Assembly (NCBI GenBank): GCA_043228905.1
Contig: JBHGNT010000008.1
Coordinates: 4,898,001-4,962,000, forward strand
Reading direction: 5' to 3'
Length of the DNA stretch: 64,000 nt
Origin: Azolla caroliniana
Lineage: Eukaryota > Plantae > Polypodiophyta
Part shown: positions 12,421 through 25,607 of the stretch, one piece after another
How positions within the stretch are numbered: position 1 is the first letter of the stretch
Layout: every line of letters starts with the position of its first letter
The notes under the pieces: model-generated
The model's database searches: none
What the model was told of the DNA's origin: nothing
The model's input: the letters and a program-made list of their open reading frames with translations, nothing else
Position numbers and translations under genes: made by a program

Positions 12421-15400
12421 TCACGTGATACATGTGAAAGTGAGTAGTGACTCTCGATGTTCAAGAACTTTACCAATGAATGTGGCAATCGAGAGTGCAC
12501 ATTGTGGTTGTGAGAGGAATTCATGCAAAGATTGGGCTCGATCGAAGAGATGTGGGAAGCATGGTTGAATATGATCAAAGGCAGAGCATTGTATCAAAGT
12601 GTGATACTCAAACTTGCGAACTTGTTTAGGGCAAAGTGTGCATAGCCGACCACTCTCATCACTTGTGCCCCAATGCCTTGTTTCACATCGCAATGCATGT
12701 GAGCTAAGTCGCATGGAAGCAATGGTTTGAATGACAGATAACGGTATGGGCTCTAACATGTATGGATGTGTACGATTTCCCCGTTCCGCAAAGAATATGG
12801 TTTTGTAGTTAGGTGCAACATGTGTAGTATAATGTGTGAAGCGTGAGCCTCCACATTTGTCCCATGTCATGATACATTGGTGTTGCAAAAAGTCCTCATT
12901 TACAGAAGAATCTAATGATGCATCATGAAGCAAGTGTCTCGCATCCCATCTACCAAACCATTTTTCTATATCTTGCATCCAACCGGAACACAAAATTTTG
13001 CTTTTATGCGTCTTTTGGATCTTTTTGCTTGCTTCCCACGCAATTCTAGGAAGTCGATGTGTGGGACTTTTTTGAACCTTAAGCATGTATTCAACAACCC
13101 TTTCCATGGCCATGATCTCAATGGGAAGTGATCCCGTCTCAAGGAGGAGGGTGTAGGGCGTTTGTTTCTTAACTTGTAGAAACTTGGTAAGAAAATTCTT
13201 TTGGACAGTTTCAAACTCTTTCCACATAGATTTAGGGATGCTACCGCCCCATACTTCCACCCCATAGAGAAGAACCGGTGTCACCAAAGTGTCGAAAAGA
13301 TATTTCTTGAGGACCCAACACTTAATATCTCCAAGATTGCATGTGTTCTCAAATGCATAGTATGGTTGCTTACCCACCTCTAAGCGGTGTGTAGCACATT
13401 CATTCCATCTATGATTTGAAGGAACTTCAAGGCCAAGATATTTGAAGCTTTCCACACATTCAAGTGGCCCATTGTTGTACATAATGCATGGTTTATCTCT
13501 TTTTTGGCTCTTCACAAGCATAATCTTTGTTTTAGAGCTATTGACACTTAATTTAGTATGCATGCAATTTTTTTTCCAATGCCTTCATAAGCTTTTGTGC
13601 ATCTCCTAAAGTATTTGCAAAAAGCACTACATCATTTGCATATAGCAAAAGCATAATCACAACATTCCCAATGGCAACTTCTTCAACACATTCTTCCTTT
13701 GCAAACTTGGTAACCATTTCTTCCAATTCATCAATGCATAGACCAAATAGTGTTGGTGAGAGTGGGCATCCTTGCTTAACACCAATAGTGCTTTTGAAAA
13801 AATCTGAAAGTTTATCTCTCATGTGCACACAACATATAACCTTCTCATAAATTCGGGAAATTGCAAGCATATATTCACTTGGCACCTCAAGTTCTTCCAT
13901 TCGCCTCCAAAGATGCTCACGAGGTACCATATCAAAAGCTTTCTTGAAGTCTACAAAGCAACAATATAAACCTTTACCTCTAAGGCGACTTTCCTCCATT
14001 AATACTCGAAGGGTGATAAGGTGATAAATGGTGCTATGGTGTTTCCGAAAGCCAGCTTGTCCATAAGCTCTCTTACCACTTTTTTCAGCCCATACACTTA
14101 TCTTTGATTCCATTATACATCCAAATAGTTTTGCCATTAATGAGCCAACCATGATGGTTCGATAGTTGTTTACATTATTTATATCTCCACCTTTATGTAA
14201 AGGTTTGATCCAATTTGTAGTCCAATCGTACGGCATACCATGTTGCAATGCATCATTAAACATATCGCTTATCCATATATGTGCTTCCTTTCCCGTCCAT
14301 TTGAGCATTTCAGCCTTTATACATTGAAGATCGCTTGCCTTTCGAGAGGCCAATTTCTTAAGTCCTATGCATATATCTTCAAGTGTAAAGAAAGGAGGCA
14401 TATGTGAAAGAGAACCATAACACATCATCTTTCCGGCAAGAGATAACTCATATAAATTCTTACAATGCATAGACAAGTCGTGAAGAGTTAACTCACCATA
14501 ACTCTCAACACGTTTCCCCTTTAGATTTCCCCAAAATTTAGCACATGCATGTGCTTTCTCTTGCGTTTGGATAAATTGTTGAGTAACTTCCCATATTCTT
14601 CTCTTTCTTTGAATAAGCCTTTTATACTCATGCAAATGCTTTTGGTAATTCTCTTTATCCTTAACTACATCCAAAACCATAAGGCACTTGTGAGCTTCAT
14701 GACATTCTTCATCAAACCATTTTTTCCTAAGTTTCTTGGTGCATTTCCAAGATGTGCGGTTGGTCGAAAAACATTTGTTTGTACATGAGAGAATGACTTT
14801 CTTGAAAGCTTCCCATTTGCATTCTAGTGTAGCACCATGTTGTATCTTTGTCATTTGTAACATATCCTCAACCATCTTGGAATACATGGGTGCTCGCTTA
14901 AGGTTCATGCTCAAGTGCGGTTGTTTATTCTCTTCAATAGCCTTCTCACAATCAAACCTATGCATACATTTGAGATCAATACATAAAGGCCTATGATCGG
15001 ATTCCGGTGTCCATTCACCAAGTGAGAATTTATGTATACGATCCAAAATACCTTCGGAAAGTAGCACATAGTCAATCACACTTTCCGTTGTGTTTTCTAC
15101 ATGTAAAACCATTAGTGTTGGGCCATAAGGAAATACCATTTGCAATAAGCAAATACCATTTGCAATAAGCAATCCGGTACTATTGCACATTTGTAGGAGT
15201 AACTTCCCAAATTGGTCCTGATCTTTTTCATCGCTAGAAGAGCGGTTATACATTTGCATATCCTCTTGCATCCTTGAGATATGTGGCATGAAAGATTCTT
15301 GTGAATCAAGTTGGAAACTTCTTGTACGAGCATTCATGTCACCTAAGACAATAACTTCCCCTTTGGATTTGAAATAAGCAATATCATCATCTAGATTGGC

Positions 15401-15808
15401 AAATGGTTGATCTTTATCCAAACAAGCATAAAAGTTAGAATCTTGATGAGGAATGTAACATCCAACTACAAAAGTGGTCAAATCATTAGGTGTTTCTATT
15501 TTGAGCCATATGTAGCATTTATTTTCATCATTTTTTATGATTGACACATATTTCTCTATTTCCTTCTTAATCAAACATGCCACCCCTCGTCCTCTTCTTT
15601 GTCTTAGATTTTTCTTCCATATCAAAGAGTGTACATTATAGTTTCCTAAACCTTGAATCCTTTGAGTATCATGCTCCCATGTTTCAACAAGAAGTGTGAT
15701 ATCCGAGTCATCGGTGAACTCCTCTATGCCAAATCCCGCATTCCATGGGTATCCATTGCAATTCCAAAAGCATAGTCGTAAAAGGCGTGGGTTAGTCTCA
15801 TAGATCAC
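12421..15808 (-). pseudogene. LINE 1 ORF2: apurinic endonuclease, RT, C-terminal Cys/His domain
   Basis: WNCNG, ETW, GDMNAR and SDHRPL (APE); QAGFR, FVDFKKAFD, GVKQGCPLSPTLF, YAND (RT); RLSSHAL...CTLC...H...C. Frameshift near 13560. Confidence 0.92.
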
Positions 15809-15814
15809 GTGTCC

Positions 15815-16684
15815 CTATTTGCCTACATTTCCATCTTTAGGCACATCCTTAACCTTATTTTTCAATCTTTCTTCATATGCTTTACGACGAGCATTTTGTT
15901 GTGAGATAGTACAATCTTCGCTCACAAAGCATTGTGTACCTTTGAGGTATACCCAACTATTTTCGAGTATGATCCGCCGCTTTGTATCATCTGTCATTGT
16001 GCATACAATAGGCCTTTCTCTGGAGCGAGTAACACCATGTTTCCCAACTCGGTGTGCCCCATATATATTCACATCTGACATCCCATAATGCATGCTAAAA
16101 AATTCACCAATGGCCTTTCCAAGGGATGCGGGTGTTTCCATACTCTCTTCTTTAATCCCACGAACGACAATGTTCTTTCATCGTCGTTCACGTTCTTTCA
16201 ATTCTCGGACATCTATGCTTTCTATATTCTTCTCTTGATGCATCACATGCATATTAGATGAGTTTGATAGCACATCCCCACCACATACATCGGCCCATGA
16301 CTTCGTTGTACATACATTTTTCATCTCACTTACATCCCGCCTCATCGTGTCCAATTTTTCTTCTTTTAATGCTTCCTTTAACTCAATCTTGTTAAGGCGC
16401 TCATTTGTTTCAAAAGAAGCTCTTTTACATTCTTGAATATCTTCTTGAAGTTTTGCAACCACTTGTTTAAGACTTTCATTCTCAATGACAACACTTTGGA
16501 GCTTAGTATTCTCTTTCATTAACGTCCTAATCTCTTCACCTTGCTTGTTTATGGTTTCTTGAAGAGAAATCAAGTGACTCATAAGCATTTTGTCCATTGC
16601 ATTAGAATTGAGATTTGTTGGTGATCTCGGCTCATTATCAATCATACCCCCGAACTTTGCGGCGGTTTTACGAGTATTTGCCAT
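15815..16684 (-). pseudogene. LINE 1 ORF1 (coiled coil + RRM/CTD-like), one internal stop
   Basis: MANTRKT..., coiled coil, ERERR*KNIVVRGIKE, AHRVG, RPIVC, FVSEDCT. In-frame TGA at 16178-16180. Confidence 0.85.
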
Positions 16685-16706
16685 TGTAGGGAAAAACCCT
16701 TCGGGA

Positions 16707-16738
<32 letters not shown>

Positions 16739-16969
16739 GGAGGGAAACAACAGATAAGGAGAGAGAGAGAAAGAAAGAAAGAAAGATGTATTAACGTCTT
16801 CTAAGGCCAAATTTGGCCCATGAGACAATTGGTTTACAACAATAGAGTATTTATCCAGTCATCATAACTAAAATAAAATTAAGTAAAAAAAATAGAACTT
16901 AAACTAAAAGAGTTCTAGTAGTGTACAATATGTAGTATACTCGAAAGTGACTATACACTAAGCCTAATT

Positions 16970-19233
16970 TTATTTCCACCCAAGCCTCTCGAAAAGAAGT
17001 GGGGGGTCAAAGGGTCTTGATGTGGGTTCCAATGTAAAGAGTGCCCTAGCCATGGCTTCTAGGCGGTGTAGCTCACGTTCCCTTATTTTCAATATTGCTT
17101 CCACATCACGTTGAGTTGCTTTGAAACCCGGCACCCGAGGACGTCTGGTTCTTCTCTGGTTTTTTGCCTCATCAATGGAAAGGCCGAGTGGTGCAAGTGT
17201 GTCGGCATTCGTTGTCTCCTCAGGTTCCTGAAAAACTGCATTTGTTACATGTTCGTGATCATTAGCAACATTATTGTCAACATTTTGTAATTTATTCTCT
17301 CTGTGTTGTTTTAGCTCTAGAATGTATTTGCCTAATTTCTTTATATCTAGAGTATCTAATAGTTTGGGGAGGGTGGGAGACGGACCAAGTATGTCTTGGT
17401 ATTTTGCCCTTATCTCGGCATAGGTTGGACACTTGCATGTAAAGTGGTACTCATCCTCTATCTCTATGTGACATAACCTACATATCCTTTCCTCCCTAGG
17501 GACTCCACTAGTATGGCCATTTTCAATCTCAAGTTGGTGAGATGATATTCTAAGTTGTCCAATGGCAACCCTTAGTGCATGTGGTAAGAATACATCTAGA
17601 TATTTTGGCCGCGTGATAAAACCTAACTCAGAGAAGTGCATGAAGTGTTTCTTATAGTACGACATTTTAGATGGGAGTGGCTCTAGTGGGGTGATCCATT
17701 TACACCGAGTGTAAATTTGCCATATTTCTTGGCGTATTACTTTATTGCGATTCTCATGAGAGATTAAGGTGTTATCACTCGTGTGGTTGTACCTAAGGGG
17801 AGGTAGGTTATTAATGTCTAGACCATTCGCAAGAAGCCAAGTCACCATCATGCCATACCATGAGCTAGTATAGCCGGACTCATACAATGATCGAGAGGCC
17901 TTAAAGGCTTGATGAGATATTCTATCATGTGGTTGGCTATGTATCCTATCAATAAAGACTACAAGTTGAAAAAGTGCCTCTACTAGCATTGGGGGTAACG
18001 TGAACTCGGCCCTAATAATGTCATGTGGTACAGTCGATTTGCTTCGGAGTTGGTGTGATAGCATCATCACCAATGGTCTCTCTAATTGCGTCCACATGAA
18101 GGATGGTAATCCTGGAGCCCAAACCGCTGATGCATACATGAGGGAGGGGGTCACTAATGAGTCAAAGAGCCACCCTTTAGTCCGTGGCTCTTGAAAGTGC
18201 GCTTGGTGGCATTGTCTCTCTAGGAGTGAGAGGGATGCATGTCCTCTCGTGAGTCTATCCTTCGCTGCCTGTGTCATAAAAAATTTACCTGAGCGGGCAC
18301 TAATAGTGACTCCGAGATAGACGTACGATCCAACCACCTCGACTGGGCTATGGGAGATAGTTAGGTGACACTTAACTCTAACTTGGGCCGATGTGTGGAA
18401 GATAAGGACTTTCGTTTTCCCTAGATTCACTACCAATCCTCGTTATACACAAAAGTCATCTAAGGCATTAAGGTGCCTCTGTAGGTCGTGTTCGGATTCA
18501 GAGAGCAAAACTATGTCATTCGCATAGAGCAAGATACGAACCTGCGTATCGCCAAGGACCACTCCGGTGCCTCCCTCACGAGCAATAAAATCTGTGATCT
18601 CATCAATGTAGATCCCAAAAAGCGTCGGTGATAGGGGGCAACCTTGTTTTACACCAATAGTGCTAGTGAAACGATTGGATAGGCCACCTGGGCATCGGAC
18701 ACACCCGGACACTTGTTCATATAGTGCGTAGATGGCCCATACCATATCATCTGGTATCCTCAAGCTTTTAAGTCTATCAGACAACCGATCTCTAGGGACT
18801 GTGTCAAAGGCTTTGCGGAAGTCCACAAAACAACAATATAATCTCTTCTTGCGAGCCCTAGTTTGGTCAATTAGGCATCTAAGTGTGAAGATGTGATCAA
18901 TAGTGGAGAAGGCTCGTCTAAAGCCAGCTTGTTCAGGTGCACGAAGGTTTAGGGTCTCCATGTAGTCGCTAAGCTCTGCTTCCATTACTGCACCATATAA
19001 CTTAGCAAGGGTATGGCCTATCATAATGGTCCTATATGTATTTGGGTCCATGGGGTCCCCCCCTTTATGTATGGGGGTCACTGTATTCATAGTTCACTGT
19101 GGTGGAAAACCCTCCACAAGGGCACGATTGAAGATTAGAGTTAGCAAGGGAGCTAGGCACTCTCTCGCATATATAATGTGTTCTGCTCGCAATCCTGTGT
19201 GGTCCATGGACTTCCTATGTTGTAATTTCTTTA
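16970..19233 (-). pseudogene. LINE 2 ORF2, 3' part (RT and Cys/His domain plus C-terminal extension)
   Basis: PIHKGGD, QAGFR, GVKQGCPLSP, YAND, LRISSHQLEIENG...CRLC...EDEYHFTCKCPTY (RTEX-type). Two in-frame stops. Confidence 0.92.
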
Positions 19234-19673
19234 TGTTGGCCGGTCAGAAGAGCAAGGACAAGTGGGAAGGCGGAATCGAATCGGATAATAGGAAGTAAAT
19301 AATAGTAGAATTATTATTCGGAGGGACGGATTCGGTACAGTTGTACCGATCCGGATCCGAACCGATTCGGATGTCGGTTGCCTAAGCGCACCGATTGTAA
19401 CCTTGACGGATGCCTATAAAAGGATCCGATGATTTGTAAAGGGGGGACGGAAGTAATACAATAGTCATTATTGCGTGTTTATCTGTATCTCGTATTATTT
19501 ACCGTCTGTGCTTAATTGTAATCATCTTATGCGTGTAACCTAGCATCCAATCCTTACCACCCCTTTGGAGAAGTGTCGGATAGACACCTGTGTTGAGGCT
19601 AGTCCGGCCAGACAGACAACACTATTTTGGCGACAACGATTCCTGCAAAGTGCAGAGGACAACGGGGGGATGG

Positions 19674-22600
19674 ATGTCTAGACCAAACGACGACCACATC
19701 ACCGAACGAGGGAGACGATACACCGAACGCGAGCAACGACGGGAAGCCCTGCAGCAAGCCGTCGACGAGATCCAGCGGGATCGGTCATTCTCCAAAACTC
19801 TTCGGAGAGTCGCAGAAGAAGCACTGCAGTTCCGGGTTCTGCAAATCCCCGATGAAGGCAGTAGCATAACAAGCCTGCAAGAGGCGGAAACGATACTGCA
19901 GACGCTCGCCGCGGGCGACGGGGACTCGGAAGCATTCGCAACACTTGAGGCGGAGTCGGAAAGTGACGGAAGCGTTGCATCCCAGTATAAAAGCAGCCAT
20001 GACACACCAAACGACCGGGAGGACGAGGGGTCGGAAGACTCAGTAACACCGGCGCCAGAGGAAGAAAGAACCCTGGAATTCGGTGACCGGCAACCGTCGA
20101 GGAAGGCTGACCGGATACCGACAACAACCGCGAGGGAACCAAGGGAGCGGATACCGACAACACCCGCGGAGGAACCAACGGACCGGACACTGGCAACACC
20201 CGCGGAGGAACCAAAGGTTCTCACACCAACGCCAACAGCGGACAGAGAACGGAGGAAACAGGAGAGTCAGTTGGACGACACGATGCCGTACCCATACCCA
20301 AAGTACCGGGATGAGGCCGACGCGGAGGCACACGTGTACGCATTCCTCCAAACATGGGAAGCCAACCATATCTCCCAAAGACTGACGGAGCCCGAAGCCG
20401 AACGATCGAAAATCGCCGAATTCGGCATAACCTTAGAAGGACCAGCGGCCCAATGGCACGCAAAGCACTTACCGGGCAGCTTTGCCACATTCGATGCCTT
20501 GAAGGCCAGATTCCTCAGGTTTTTTCACAGACAATTTGAGCAAAGGGAATTGGTCGGGCAGTTCTACACCACCCGGCAGGAAGAGAACGAGACTATGCCA
20601 CAATTCATCATTCGGTTCCAGACCCTGCACAGCCAACTGACAAGAGCACCACCCGAAGACGAAGCCAAAGCAGTCTTTCTGGCCGCACTGAAAGAGCCAC
20701 TTCGAACAATGTGCGGAGTCCTTGATTTCCAAACCAGCACAATGGACCAAGTTATTGATCGGGTTTTAGAAATGGACAAGACTAGCCCCTTCTTTTCGAT
20801 GGGGATGTTACACCGGGCACTCCCCAAGGAGGAAGACCTGAGGTTCCGACAGGCCTTACAATGTACAACATGCCTAAATTCGGGGCACTCAACAGTGGAC
20901 TGCACCCTGCGGACACAATGTGTGATCTGCAACTCTCGAGCCCATACAACGGACCGATGCGAATATAACCTGTTAAATCGGCAGGCAGCACCGGTTCGAC
21001 ACATAGAACCGCGCATTCAGAACCCGGACGAGGATCGATTCCGGAGAGACGACCGCTACCAACGCGAACGCGGTAACAGATACGCTGATAGAAGACGCGA
21101 CAACTATGACCGAGAGGAGAGACGCAGAGATAGCTACCCCCGGGACCGGTACGACAGAGACGAATCCCCGGAAGACGACCGACGCGGAGAAGAGAGGCGA
21201 CAAGGATACGCTGATAGAAGACGCGACAACTATGACCGAGAGGAGAGACGCAAAGATAGCTACCCCCGGGACCGGTACGACCGAGACGAAGCCCCGGAAT
21301 ACGACCGACGCAGAGAAGAGAGGCGACAAGGGAACCGAAATTTCCGACGGAATCAGAAGCGTGGATTTTTCCGAAGAGAGGAACGTCGGGAGGGAGCAAG
21401 GAATGACAACCCGGTATCGGTACCGGATAACCGAAAAACCGAAGACGACCGCCGGAGCATACACACCCTCCAAACCGGGGACAAAGGAGAAACGAGCAAC
21501 AGTCACAAGGTGTACTGTTATTACTGCCGCAAGGAAGGCCACTATAGTAACCAATGCCCAAGCAAAAGCTATGACAAGCAGCCGGAAGTCAACATGGTTA
21601 CAACTGAAATAACAGAAGTACAGCAGGTCACAACCCGGTCAAAGGGAAAGACCGCCGAGTGGGAAGCCCAGGAGGCAATCAGAAAACAAGCGACACAATG
21701 GATCAAGGAGGCCAATGAACAGAATGCGGCAGAAGTAAGAGACAAAAATATGCCAAAAGACGAAGAAATCATACAGCTAGGAGAAAACCCGACGTGGCAA
21801 GCGCTACAGGACTGTCAAATCGTGCTGCCGTTAGCACGACTACTACAGTTAGTGCCACGATTTACGACAGACCTACAGGCATCCGTCAGCAAACCGAAGC
21901 CGACGCCAGCACCGGCATTCTTCTCCAACCCGGAGGAAGGACCAACGGTGGTCGATACAAGTAGCTCGGCGATCACGACAATCGTGAAAGGAAAGGAAAT
22001 TGCTGGAACGATTATTGACGGAGGCTCCGGGGTAAATGTCATCAGCCAACAGACATGCAACGACCTGGGCATCCGGGAATGGGAACCATGCCCCTTCTGG
22101 TTACGCATGGCGGATACTAGCTCAGTCCGACCGACCGGGCTTATCCGGGATTTGGAAATAACGATCGGAGGCCACGTATTCCGGATATCGGCCGTGGTGC
22201 TGCAGCTGAATGTACAAGGCGCGTACCCCCTACTGCTAGGACGACCATGGCTGCGAACGGCGCATATCAAGCAGAACTGGCAAAAGAACATGATCACATT
22301 CCGACAAGGGAAAACAAAGGTACGAGTAACGACGCAACCACGGGTGATCACCAGTAAGGAAGCAACTCCATTGTATGCGGAAAGCATTAACATGTTGGAG
22401 GGATTACCGGACGAGGAAGTCGAGCGGTACCTCGAGGAACACCCACGAATCGTCCCACTATTTGAGGTGGATATCACGGCGGCAGTAGAACCGTACATTA
22501 CGACGCCGGAAGAACCGGACCAAGCGGCGATCCGGGAACTGCGACAAGCGTAGGAATCCCTAGAGAGGGAAATGACGATATCCCAGAGGGTAAAAGCATC

Positions 22601-25600
22601 CCAACTCGAGGAGGTGGACCTCGGCACAGCAGACAAGCCCCGACCGGTAAATGTTGCAAAGGAATTGCCGAAGGAAGAAAAGAAGGCAATGGTAGCATTG
22701 TTAACAGACTTCAAGGATGTGTTCGCGTGGTCGTACGAAGACATGCGAGGGCTGGACCCCCAGCTCTATCAGCACCAAATTCACCTAAGTACGGACGCGA
22801 AACCGATTGCTCAACGCAGGTACCGGATGAATCCGAATTATGCAGCAAAGGTGAAGGAGGAAATTGATAAGCTCCTCCGGGTCGGATTTATCCGACCGGT
22901 CAAGCAGGCAACCTGGCTGAGTCCGATAGTGGTGGTCCCGAAAAAGAACGGCAAAATCCGGGTATGCGTGGACTACCGAAAACTAAATGCCGCAACAGTG
23001 ACTGATGCGTTTCCACTACCATTTACGGACGGGGTGTTAGATGCGGTAGCCGGGCACGAAGTTTACAGCTTCCTGGATGGATTTAACGGCTACAACCAAA
23101 TACGAATGAACCCGGCCGACCAAGAGAAGACATCGTTCGTGACGGAATGGGGAATGTTCGTCGCGGTCGTGATGATGTTCGGACTAAAGACGGCTCCAGC
23201 GACCTTTCAAAGGATAATAATGGAAATTTTCGGGGAATATATCCCCGGTTTTATGCAGGTCTTCCTTGACGATTTCGCGGTCTACAGCCGGCACGGAGAG
23301 CATCTCGATCACCTCCGGCTGTGCTTGGAGAAGTGCCGCGAGTACCGATTGAGCCTGAATCCGGCCAAATGCGTCTTTGGAGTGGCAAGCGGCAACTTGC
23401 TAGGGCACGTGGTGAGTAAGGAAGGAATCGCGGTAGATCCGGATAAAGTCAAGGCGATTCTCGATGCACTAGCACCAAGTAATGCAAAGGCTTTAAGCCG
23501 GTTCCTGGGCCAAATAAGGTGGCATAGCTGGATGATACGGCACCTCGCGGACTTCGCTACACCGTTACATACCGCCGTACATAGGGTACCCTTCCTATGG
23601 GCGGAGACGGAGGAGGAATCCTACAAAGCGTTGAAGGTTATGCTGTCGCAAGCCCCGGTGGTGCAACCGCCAGATTGGAGTAAAAGCTTTCACGTCTTCG
23701 TCAACGCGTCGGACGTAGCAATCGGCAACGTTCTGATGCAACTCACAGAGCCGAAATGGTACCGACCGGTGTACTACGCAAGCCGGAAACTCTCAAAAGC
23801 CGAACGGAATTACTCTACGACGGAACGCGAGGCATTGGGAATGGTGTATAGTGTCACAAAGTACAGGCACTATCTGCTCGGAAGGAAGTTTTCATTCCAT
23901 GTCGACCATTCGGCACTACTCTACCTGGTCTCGAAGGCATCCCTGACGGGAAAAATTGCACGGTGGACACTGCTACTACAGGAATTTGAATTCGACATTT
24001 TCCACCGACCCGGGGCGCAGCATGCGGTAGCGGACTATCCAAGCAGACTCGAATCCGGAGAAGCAGGGGACGGCGTCCAGGATGAGTTTCCCGACGCCGA
24101 ATTGTTCCGGATCACGACGAAACCGGCAACGGATACAACGGTAGCCGATGAAGACACATGGCTAACTGAGATGCATCAGTTCCTGAGCACCGGAGTTCCC
24201 CCGGAGAACATGGACCGCGATGAAAGGAAAAGGGTAGCAGTAAGAAGCAGACATTTCTGCTTGGTTGGAGACACCCTCTATCACAAGGGGGCAGATGGCA
24301 TCTGGAGACGAGCAGTGCGGAGCGATGAGAAGGATCTAATCCTCAGGGAAGCCCACTGTGGAATTGCCGGCGGGCATTATGCCGGCGACGCAATCGCTCG
24401 GAAAATATGGCAGAGTGGCCTGTGGTGGCCGACCACCCTAAAAGATGCCGTGAAGTATAGCAGAGAATGCGATTTGTGTCAACGACTGGGCCAACCCACA
24501 GAGCAGGCCCGGATGCCACACCACCCGGTCTTGCCCTTGGAACCGTTTCAAAAGTGGGGGTTGGACTTTGTCGGTCCCTTCAAACCACCGGCAATGCGAA
24601 CCGGAAATCGGTATGTCATAGTGGCGACCGACTATTGCACCAAATGGGTAGAAGCAAAGGCCTTACGGGACAACACGGCCGCGTCCACGGCAAAGTTCCT
24701 GTACGAGTGCATATGGTGCCGATATGGTTGCCCGATCGAGCTTATAAGTGACCAAGGAGGACATTTTCTCGGGCAGGTAGTAGAAAGCCTGATGTCATTT
24801 TACGCGGTGGTACATAAAAAGAGTACACCCTACTACCCTCAAGCCAATGGGCTAGCGGAATCAACGAACAAAACTCTGCAGAACATCCTACGAAAAATCG
24901 TCAACGAGAACCGGACCGACTGGGATACGAAATTGCAAAGCGCGCTATGGGCGTACCGAACAACGTACAAAACCAACATCCGGACAACCCCGTTCCGACT
25001 AGCATTCGGGTTAGAAGCGGTCATGCCGGTAGAGTTCCAGATCCCCAGCTTACGGATTCAGGTGAAGGAACGCTTAAGTGAGAACGAGTCCGAACGAATC
25101 CGGCTGGCAATGTTGTTGGAATTAGAGGAAAACCGAATAGCCAGCTTACTACAACTCGAACTGGAGCAAAGGAGGAGAAAAGCCTTCGTGGACCGACACC
25201 GGCGTGGCAATGAAAAGGAGTTCGAAGTCGGGAAACCGGTACTACTATTCCAGACAGGGATGGGGAACATGCCGGGAAAGTTGCGGTTTCGATGGACCGG
25301 ACCGTTCTGGATCACCAAGGCGTACAATGGGTCGTATAAGCTCGGCACGTTGTCTGGAGATGTCATCGGCAAGTGGGCAAATGGATTTCGGCTAAAGCCG
25401 TATAAGGGAAATATGCCAGCCAACCCGTTCAAGCGAAACCCGGAAATCCGGCAAGATGAGGAACCGACACCGACAGACGCTGCTGAAGATATTCGGACCG
25501 AGGAAGAACCGACACTGATACTGACGAAGACTATCCCGGAAAACCGACAGAAGGATCCGGTATCCACACGAACCGAACCGAACAAATCGGGGGGGACCAG

Positions 25601-25607
25601 CAAATGA
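19674..25607 (+). pseudogene. Gypsy copy 1 gag-pol (single frame; premature TAG at 22551)
   Basis: Three CCHC knuckles, IDGGSGVN protease, FLDD RT, RNase H, HHCC/DDE integrase with WTGPF, no chromodomain. The TAG corresponds to CAG in copy 2. Confidence 0.92.

Larger units (their letters stand above)
12343..16706 (-). mobile_element. LINE 1, RTEX-like non-LTR retrotransposon, near full length
   Basis: ORF1 plus APE-RT-Cys/His ORF2; 3' hairpin and (TCTA)n tail at 12346-12363. 5' boundary approximate. Confidence 0.88.

Noticed and set aside
22551-22553. Programmed readthrough stop between Gypsy protease and RT
   Set aside because: Copy 2 has CAG at this codon, so it is a C>T mutation.
19622-22744. 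Long antisense ORFs over Gypsy gag-pol (also 49621-52645)
   Set aside because: Shadow frames of GC-rich coding sequence with no domain signatures; shared only because the copies are near-identical.
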